Positions 57,695 to 64,000 of a stretch of 64,000 nucleotides of DNA are shown piece by piece. The stretch lies in the IMG/VR virus record IMGVR_UViG_2585427773_000003; one strand, written 5' to 3'. This stretch comes from a virus. Taxonomy: Duplodnaviria; Heunggongvirae; Uroviricota; Caudoviricetes. Numbering within the stretch: the first letter of the stretch is position 1; each line of letters starts with the position of its first letter. The notes beneath the pieces were generated by a model. The model did no database searches. It was not told the origin of the DNA and saw nothing but the letters and a program-made list of their open reading frames with translations. The position numbers were made by a program, and so were the translations under genes.

Positions 57695-58309
57695 CTAATC
57701 ATACTTGGAGGTATTTATCACCAGAATTTTGTTTGTATAAATCTTCTTAATATCCCATGTGACATTACCGGAATACCATTGACCGTTATATACTTGGTTT
57801 CCAGTTGCACCTGTCATTGTTACATAGACAGGTCTGTCGTAATCGGTTCGTCTATAGTTATATACCCCAACCATAGCAGGCATTACCGCACATGGATACC
57901 CCATATCTATTGTAAATTGAGGGTCAGAAATAGTGATAAGTTTCGCATCAAGGGGCATCATCTCACCGTGATACACCATTGCGCCTGCGCTGTTATACAT
58001 GGCAATGCCATAGCCAGAATGTGGTAACACCATATCAGAAAAAGCATAAACTGTTATTGTTCCGGGGCTACCATTTACCTGATGCAATCTGAGAGCATTG
58101 TATCCGTTACTATGCTCATGAATAAACATCATGTTCGCCTTATTACTGCTTTTTATGAAAAAAAAACATGATTTGTTTGATGGGATTGATGTTTGAAAAA
58201 CAGAACCTTTAGATGTAGACATTGTCCCTTTATTAATCAGATTTTGCGGAGTAAATTCTGGACTCATCCACAAACTTCCATCTGATTGAGTAATTGACAT
58301 CCCGAACAT
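57695..58309 (-). CDS. Hypothetical protein (AT-rich cassette gene 2)
   Basis: Low-GC ORF; contains A9/T9 homopolymer at 58156-58164. Confidence 0.35.
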   Translation of the reverse strand: MFGMSITQSDGSLWMSPEFTPQNLINKGTMSTSKGSVFQTSIPSNKSCFFFIKSSNKANMMFIHEHSNGYNALRLHQVNGSPGTITVYAFSDMVLPHSGYGIAMYNSAGAMVYHGEMMPLDAKLITISDPQFTIDMGYPCAVMPAMVGVYNYRRTDYDRPVYVTMTGATGNQVYNGQWYSGNVTWDIKKIYTNKILVINTSKYD

Positions 58310-58311
58310 AA

Positions 58312-58593
58312 TTATCCCCAGTATGTGTATATGTAAGAACCAAGCCCCGTATATAAATTTGACCAACTAACCGTATTTCCATTAATAGTAACTGTTGGAA
58401 CAGGTAAATTAATGTAGTTGTCGTTGTTAAGAGGCATCAATGACCACACGGCATGTAGCGATTTACCCGGTGGCGGATTGGAGTACGTCTTAGAGCCTGA
58501 TGACGCAGTAAATCGATCAAGAAAAAAAATAGGAGTAAGGAAGCCAGTAACGTTAATTCCTTTATTGTTGTAAATCCCTGTACCGTATGCCAT
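58312..58593 (-). CDS. Hypothetical protein (AT-rich cassette gene 1)
   Basis: 93 aa, G/N/T/Y-rich; stop followed 2 nt later by next ATG. Confidence 0.35.
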   Translation of the reverse strand: MAYGTGIYNNKGINVTGFLTPIFFLDRFTASSGSKTYSNPPPGKSLHAVWSLMPLNNDNYINLPVPTVTINGNTVSWSNLYTGLGSYIYTYWG

Positions 58594-58648
58594 TTTTCAT
58601 CCTTGTTTTTTATCAACACAATATGGCCGATCATGCGGCCATATCAGA

Positions 58649-59218
58649 TCAATTAGAGCTTTGAAAGGCTTTGTGTGGCTGTGTTGCGAGGTTATGTCGA
58701 TGGCTTAACTCACGCATCATGTCTTCAAGCCGACTCTTTGTGTCGTCGAGTTGGTCGGCCATTGCTCCCAAAAGCTGACGAACGGCCATCGGATCATCGC
58801 TGTTTAGTGATGGCATTTTATAACCCGCCTGAGAAGACATAAGATTGAACGCAGACATCAACATCGTTAGAGAGGATTTAAGCCCAGCAATTTCACGATC
58901 TTTGCTGGCAATAATCGCCTCACTCTTGTTAGTGTCATCAGTTCGTTGAGTCTCGCTCACCATATCCAAAGTCGCCTGCAACTTATCAGCGCGCTCTTTT
59001 TCAGCAAGATAATGAACACCGAAATGATGTGCTAAAGCTACAACCTGAGTTGGCTCTTCAAAGGTGGACTCAAAATTAAGTGCTGTAACCACTCTCTCAA
59101 ATATGGAAACGTCTTCTATTCCTCGAAGAATGGCTAACATTTTGACCAGTTCATTAGCATCCATTTCTTCGAATAAGGCGTTTTGTTCATCAGCTATCGC
59201 TTTGCATTTCTTGCACAT
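58649..59218 (-). CDS. Hypothetical protein
   Basis: 189 aa; operator-like motif 59237-59250 upstream. Confidence 0.45.
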   Translation of the reverse strand: MCKKCKAIADEQNALFEEMDANELVKMLAILRGIEDVSIFERVVTALNFESTFEEPTQVVALAHHFGVHYLAEKERADKLQATLDMVSETQRTDDTNKSEAIIASKDREIAGLKSSLTMLMSAFNLMSSQAGYKMPSLNSDDPMAVRQLLGAMADQLDDTKSRLEDMMRELSHRHNLATQPHKAFQSSN

Positions 59219-59515
59219 GTGTTTTTCCTAATGCTTAAACAAGTTGTTTTCTTATTGGCTTTATTGTGATGTGGCATAAAAGGGGAGCAAGCTAAACGTA
59301 AAGGTGCAAACTCTCTATTTCGGTCAACGAAACACAAGGGCCATTTGGCCCTTGTCATTAACACGTTGCTTTACGGACTAGCGGATAAGCGAAGTAGATC
59401 GCCAGACCAATGAGGACGCCATCAGAAATGACAGACATCATCTTTCCCGTAAAATCCACCAACACCGCCATCACCAGAAGAGCAATGACGATCACAAGCC
59501 GGAATCTCTCAAGCA

Positions 59516-59941
59516 TTAGAGATAAGCATCCAGTGACAACTGAAGCGCCTGGGCGATCTTTTTAAGTGCCTGCTCTTCTTGTTCGCCAATGCCGTCCTGA
59601 TCGGCAATATCAAGGCACAGACACAGAACATCGACCGCCTCTGGAGTACCCGCAATATCAGACAGCTCACGAATAGCCTGTGCATTAGCAGAACGAGGGG
59701 ACGCTTCGTAACGAGCACGGATATTGGCGCTCATTTGGGCAATTTCACCAGCAAACGGAGAAAACGCAGGCAGAGCTGCAATTGTCTTCTCAAGAATGGC
59801 AATTTCTTTTGCGTCACATGTGCCGTCGGCATAGGAGATCATGTACGCGCCCCACACGGTGGCCTCAACCGCATCACGGTTCTCCATTTTTTTGACTTCG
59901 ATAACAGCTTTACGAGTTTTCTTTTTGAAGAAACCTAACAT
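59516..59941 (-). CDS. TerB-like domain protein
   Basis: ISYADGTCDAKEIAILEKTIA resembles TerB-type helical motif; operator-like motif 59965-59980 upstream. Confidence 0.35.
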   Translation of the reverse strand: MLGFFKKKTRKAVIEVKKMENRDAVEATVWGAYMISYADGTCDAKEIAILEKTIAALPAFSPFAGEIAQMSANIRARYEASPRSANAQAIRELSDIAGTPEAVDVLCLCLDIADQDGIGEQEEQALKKIAQALQLSLDAYL

Positions 59942-60034
59942 GTGTTTTCCTTTTGTTATTTGTCAAAACAAGTTGTTTTATAGTTTCATAAATTGCTTAC
60001 GCAAAGATGGTCAATGCATATGCACTAACAGCCG

Positions 60035-60223
60035 TCAGAAATAACCAAGTACCGAACCGACTGGAAAAACAAAAATCCCAACTACACGAGCCAAGGTCAT
60101 GCCAGCCTGAAACTGGAGATCGCCAGAGCAAACAAGTTTTATAATGTTCGATACCCAACCGGCGGCCATGAGGGCCAGAATTGCCAGCCAAATTTTTCCA
60201 AAGTGATTTGAAAACAAGTTCAT
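60035..60223 (-). CDS. Small membrane protein
   Basis: 62 aa with two hydrophobic segments. Confidence 0.4.
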   Translation of the reverse strand: MNLFSNHFGKIWLAILALMAAGWVSNIIKLVCSGDLQFQAGMTLARVVGIFVFPVGSVLGYF

Positions 60224-60438
60224 ACAACCGCCTTAGTCACAACATGATCCTGAGTAACTGGATGAAATTGAGGTATCGCATCCACCGTCATCCCATCCAG
60301 AGTGACAGGACGCTCTACTGGAGTGGTGGTAATTGTCGTCGACGGAGGTGTGGTGATGGATGAATCCGGCATCAAAAGGCTCTGGCCGGCTGGAACAGCT
60401 ACCGTCGCCAGTGAAACTATAATGAGAACGTAGGCCAT
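60220..60438 (-). CDS. Small secreted protein
   Basis: Signal-peptide-like MAYVLIIVSLATVAVPAG; T/P-rich. Confidence 0.35.
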   Translation of the reverse strand: MAYVLIIVSLATVAVPAGQSLLMPDSSITTPPSTTITTTPVERPVTLDGMTVDAIPQFHPVTQDHVVTKAVV

Positions 60439-60727
60439 TGGTTTCAGCCTCTTTCTTTGAAAATTTTCCATTCGAACTGTCCTTGTTGTTTTTCTCCTTC
60501 ACTAAAGGCCGTGCATTTTTCGCTTGGTGTGAAGAACCAGAGGTAACAATCGCCCCCACGTTCGCAACAACTGACGCTTGCTTATCTAAACGTTCATTCA
60601 GCAACCGAACGGTAGTCTCCAGTTCATCAAGACGTGACAGAACACGACCGCTAAATAATTCGGCCAAAATTTGACGTAGTGAACGAGGACGTTTAGTTGC
60701 AGAAGTGAAATAGGTTTGACGTGCCAT
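60233..60727 (-). CDS. Hypothetical protein, 3' extent ambiguous (overlaps 60220-60438 in another frame)
   Basis: N-terminal 60 aa look protein-like, C-terminal half is S/G/C-rich low complexity suggesting frame error or true end near 60540. Confidence 0.25.
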   Translation of the reverse strand: MARQTYFTSATKRPRSLRQILAELFSGRVLSRLDELETTVRLLNERLDKQASVVANVGAIVTSGSSHQAKNARPLVKEKNNKDSSNGKFSKKEAETNGLRSHYSFTGDGSCSSRPEPFDAGFIHHHTSVDDNYHHSSRASCHSGWDDGGCDTSISSSYSGSCCD

Positions 60728-60875
60728 GTGGACTCCATCCAGTGTCAGAAAGAGTTGCGGCTGGCGATTGCCAGCCGCCTTTCTCGTTCCATCCTGGAAC
60801 TGTGTCTTACCGACACATTGTCATCCTGACGCCGATAAGATACATGATTTAAAATGATAGGTAAACACTTACTTA

Positions 60876-61469
60876 CTATTTGTTATAAACAAAACCAATA
60901 TCTTTCTTGTGAGGCATATCTGCTGCTGAAAAAGCTGCGATCTTCGCGAGTCGATCACATATTTCATTTTCACGATGCCCGGCGTGACCTTTAACCCACT
61001 TCCAGCGAACATTATGTCGACTTGCGGCCTCATCCAGACGCTTCCACAGATCAACATTCTTTACCGGTTTTTTGTCAGAAGTCATCCATCCATTGCGTTT
61101 CCACCATTTCATCCACTGTGTCATGCCGTTTTTCAGATACTGGCTATCAGAGTGCAAAATAACGTTGCATGGATATTTCAAACGCTCCAGCCCGATAAGT
61201 GCCCCCATCATCTCCATGCGGTTATTGGTGGTGCTATGAAAACCATCTGAGAACTCGCGTTCCTCACCACGATACTGGAGAACGATACCGTAACCGCCCG
61301 GGCCACCCGGATTTTTAAGGCAAGAGCCATCACTAAAGATTTTCACGGTTTTGAGCTGGGGATTGAACTCTACGACAGGCGTTGTGGGATTGGTGCGGGG
61401 AGAATTTTTGTTTTTGTCTTTTTTGCGAGTTTTTGCTTGCGATCGGGCTGGTGTCTTCGTCGTCATATA
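60876..61469 (-). CDS. rnhA: Ribonuclease HI with basic N-terminal extension
   Basis: DGSC, NNRME, DSQY, KGHAGH.EN..CD motifs with catalytic D/E/D/H/D in place. Confidence 0.8.
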   Translation of the reverse strand, partial: YMTTKTPARSQAKTRKKDKNKNSPRTNPTTPVVEFNPQLKTVKIFSDGSCLKNPGGPGGYGIVLQYRGEEREFSDGFHSTTNNRMEMMGALIGLERLKYPCNVILHSDSQYLKNGMTQWMKWWKRNGWMTSDKKPVKNVDLWKRLDEAASRHNVRWKWVKGHAGHRENEICDRLAKIAAFSAADMPHKKDIGFVYNK

Positions 61470-61559
61470 AACTCCTGAATCAAGCGCCGCGCCGATTTTT
61501 CCTCGCGCGTGCGCACACGCGTGCGTGTTAATAATTATTAAAATAAACAAATTACTTCC

Positions 61560-62047
61560 CAGAACAGGTTTTTATAAACCTGAACTGAACGAACGAAGTG
61601 AGTGAAGTTCACCTCGAACGAAGTGAGAGGTTGTCTTTTCAGGTAATACTCTCCCAGGGAGGTGAGTATAAAATTCCTCACCAACCTGGTCGTTTCATAA
61701 CCTGAAAAGCTATGGTCTAAGTCTACTGCCAGCTTAGACTTGGGAAGTTATGGATGACAGCACCCCAGAACCGAGATCTTCCCACACTTTATGAAGGGGA
61801 GTACTGGATTCAACCTCTCGAAACACCCCAGACTCGACAATCATAAAGTGACCCTTGTCTCTGCTCACTTTGGTTCCCCCTTCCCCGACACCTATACGGC
61901 ACCGGTTCTACGCTGGTAGTGAGCTTTTTTAAACCTGACGCCAGTGACGCTTACCCCCACCCATCAGGTCGAGCCTCCAGTCTACGACTGGAAACTATCA
62001 GATCTTAGCACTTACAATTCACTTTATGAATAGTTTGTACTTATCTA
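61560..62047. other. Structured non-coding region (candidate ncRNA or origin)
   Basis: About 490 bp without plausible ORF; multiple hairpins (caggttt..aaacctg, ggtgag..ctcacc, tctaag..cttaga) and direct repeat cgaacgaagtgag x2. Confidence 0.4.
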
Positions 62048-62278
62048 TCATTGTGATTGATTATTTTCTCGACCATGTAGTTGAACATTCAAGGCAAACA
62101 CCTCATTGATCAACTCACCTAAAAGCTGTTCAACAAGTTCGCGATGCTCGCCAAGATGTAAGCACTTAATTGCCCACTCGTACAAGTTGAAAGCCTGCTC
62201 ACGATCTTTCATCATTTCACGAGCCTGGGCCAGAAAATCGCTCTCTACGAGCGCAACGACATTAGTCGGGTATGACAT
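62048..62278 (-). CDS. Hypothetical small protein
   Basis: ORF starting MSYPTNVVAL. Confidence 0.4.
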   Translation of the reverse strand: MSYPTNVVALVESDFLAQAREMMKDREQAFNLYEWAIKCLHLGEHRELVEQLLGELINEVFALNVQLHGRENNQSQ

Positions 62279-62386
62279 GTTGGTTTCCTTAAAGTGGTTC
62301 ATAAAATCGATTTTAAAGCGTCTGGGAAGGGGTTCTAGTGGATTCTGTAGTGGTGTTCAGGTCTGGGAGTCTCTGATATAAAACAG

Positions 62387-62441
62387 CCTGCTTCCGTATA
62401 TTAATAATTAATATGTAGTTATTTATATATACAGAAGCAGG
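62387..62441. repeat. 55-bp imperfect palindrome, copy 3 (variant core)
   Basis: Same cctgcttccgtata...atatacagaagcagg arms as copies 1 and 2, with altered central AT-rich core. Confidence 0.85.
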
Positions 62442-62464
62442 CTAATTACAGACGCCAGAACAAA

Positions 62465-63058
62465 CTAAGCAGCCTTCTTTGATGGTCTTTTTTTCCTGAT
62501 CACATTCGCAGGATCATACCCTCCCAGACTTTTCATGACATCCAAAGGGATCTTGCTTATAGAGTGCCCAGCGTCCTGACAAAATCCTCGAAAAACAACG
62601 AGCATACTGCCACCGGGGTTGATGTTTACTTCTACCTGACCCAAATTGACGTCAGGCTCGACAAACGCTACGCGGCCACCAGACAGAATAATCGTCTCAT
62701 TCGCACACTCTGTTGCACGCTCATACCACTTTGTATCGAGGGATTGAGGAATTAGCATCACTGTTGTAACTCCGCGAGCCTGCTCACGTATAGCCGCATC
62801 AATCCAGGGGGAGATTTTGGAGTAGGGTGGATTGAGGAAGGCAATTGTACCTGGCTGTCCCCATTCAGATTTCAAAGCATCACGCTCAACGCCTATGAAA
62901 TTAGGCAGCTTCGCATTGTCCTTGTTGCAGGCAACGTCAACATCAAATGTCACTCCAAGATAACGTTGAATGGCAGAAAACAGCCAGTCAGGTGTTCTCC
63001 AGAGGTCACGAAGAGAGTTGTCGCGCTTTCGCTGTTTGATTTTTTCGGCTGCAATCAT
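62465..63058 (-). CDS. Phage-type DNA N6-adenine methyltransferase
   Basis: 197 aa; FLNPPYS motif, small Dam-like architecture. Confidence 0.7.
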   Translation of the reverse strand: MIAAEKIKQRKRDNSLRDLWRTPDWLFSAIQRYLGVTFDVDVACNKDNAKLPNFIGVERDALKSEWGQPGTIAFLNPPYSKISPWIDAAIREQARGVTTVMLIPQSLDTKWYERATECANETIILSGGRVAFVEPDVNLGQVEVNINPGGSMLVVFRGFCQDAGHSISKIPLDVMKSLGGYDPANVIRKKRPSKKAA

Positions 63059-63068
63059 CGTCTTTCTC

Positions 63069-63089
63069 GATAGGTAAGTGATTACCTAT
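63069..63089. promoter_or_regulatory. Palindrome GATAGGTAAgtgaTTACCTAT
   Basis: Perfect 8-bp arms 11-31 bp upstream of methyltransferase ATG. Confidence 0.45.
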
Positions 63090-63241
63090 TTTTGCATTTG
63101 ATTTTATGTCTGGCAATCAAATAAAACGCGCCAGAAATGCAAACGAGAAGCTCTCTGGCGCGTTTTTGTGGTGCTGGATATGTGATTGGCTTACCCAGCA
63201 CTATAAAGCTCTCTATGGGCTTTATTTTCAGTAGGGGGACG

Positions 63242-63997
63242 TCATCCAATAGTGTACTCCGCTACAAACTTCTTAACGATCGGTGATTCTTCGTTCAATG
63301 TTAGATTTCCACCGTCTCTAACGGCAATTCCTGTCGCTGGAAATACAGCCATCATTTGCCCAGCCTGAGTTGACGCAGTGTTAAGCGGATACGGTTTTTC
63401 TGGATTGCTCATTAAAGCAATCTTAATACTATTACTTGTAGCCTTCTTTTCTGTGAGAAGGTGTCTCATGGAAATTACCGTGTAAACACTAATATCTGGA
63501 CCTCCGCTAAACCAATTAAGAAGGTTTAATATCTTATCCTTTGCTTTGACAGGCGCGTTTTCGTAAGCGTCTAAGAAAATATCTGTTTCTAAGCCTGCTT
63601 TATTGAAAAACGAATCATCTTTATCACTTAAAGTAAAACGAGGACCTCTTGCAGTACGCGCTTTTTTATTTGTGTTGCTATCATTTGACTGTTGAACTTT
63701 TAATTCATCATTAACATCAACACACTCTTCAACCTCAATCAATCCCAATTGTTCTGGCTCGTTTTCGGCAGATTCAACACTTTCAGCGTTAATTACGTTT
63801 ATAGGCTCATGCGCTAACTCCAACTCATTTAAAGCAGAGCTGAAATCACCTGCTTTTTCTTCATTGAACAGTTCTTCGGCAACATCATCAGAACTCATGG
63901 CTACGCCAGCATCGAGGCCGAGCAGCAGATCGTCAATATCATCAGTATTTTCAACCTGTGCGGCTTTTTTTACTGGTTCATCAAGTGATTGCAACAT
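63242..63997 (-). CDS. Hypothetical acidic protein (may extend beyond window)
   Basis: 251 aa ORF, frame stays open to window edge. Confidence 0.4.
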   Translation of the reverse strand: MLQSLDEPVKKAAQVENTDDIDDLLLGLDAGVAMSSDDVAEELFNEEKAGDFSSALNELELAHEPINVINAESVESAENEPEQLGLIEVEECVDVNDELKVQQSNDSNTNKKARTARGPRFTLSDKDDSFFNKAGLETDIFLDAYENAPVKAKDKILNLLNWFSGGPDISVYTVISMRHLLTEKKATSNSIKIALMSNPEKPYPLNTASTQAGQMMAVFPATGIAVRDGGNLTLNEESPIVKKFVAEYTIG

Positions 63998-64000
63998 GGC

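Noticed and set aside
1-64000. tRNA genes, integrase and CI-type repressor
   Set aside because: No cloverleaf-compatible sequence with conserved T-loop motif and no tyrosine or serine recombinase or repressor-like ORF was found by eye; a tRNA scan and HMM search would be needed to be certain.

Overview
The window is dominated by a siphovirus-type phage or phage-plasmid genome, with host-type metG and apbC/mrp embedded between phage-like modules. All calls rest on reading the ORF translations and the DNA by eye; no database search or folding was run.

Main content:
- Late operon (minus strand, about 36.4 kb down to 3.2 kb): ParB-like nucleases, ABC ATPase, GNAT-like protein, wHTH protein, terminase small and large subunits, portal, scaffold, major capsid, Ig-like decoration protein, head-tail proteins, major tail protein, G/T chaperones, tape measure, lambda M/L/K/I/J-like tail tip proteins, a 1617-aa tail fiber with a self-cleaving C-terminal chaperone, a glycine-rich protein, and a holin/lysin/overlapped-spanin cassette.
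- Plasmid-type maintenance block (1-3.2 kb): GIY-YIG nuclease, small ParA plus RHH partner, and an AtaR/AtaT-like DUF1778/GNAT toxin-antitoxin pair.
- Early and accessory genes (36-47 kb and 50.8-64 kb): SF2 helicase, lipoprotein and secreted proteins, an AT-rich three-gene moron with phage-early-style codon usage, a near-consensus promoter and hairpin terminators, many small hypothetical genes, a UmuD-like peptidase behind a perfect LexA box, Ead/Ea22-like protein, two N6-adenine methyltransferases, a TerB-like protein and RNase HI.
- Host-type genes: metG (47475-49508) and apbC/mrp (49666-50766), divergently arranged.

Non-coding structure:
- Three dispersed copies of a 55-57 bp palindrome.
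- Two recurring palindromic operator-like motif families.
- Two iteron-like repeat clusters and a roughly 1 kb GT-skewed non-coding tract.
- A roughly 490 bp hairpin-rich non-coding region upstream of RNase HI.

No integrase, repressor, replication initiator, tRNA or CRISPR array was recognised. The most interesting candidates for something undescribed are the regulatory motif network, the embedded host metG/apbC pair, the six-gene cluster upstream of terS, and the SOS-linked small-peptide locus.
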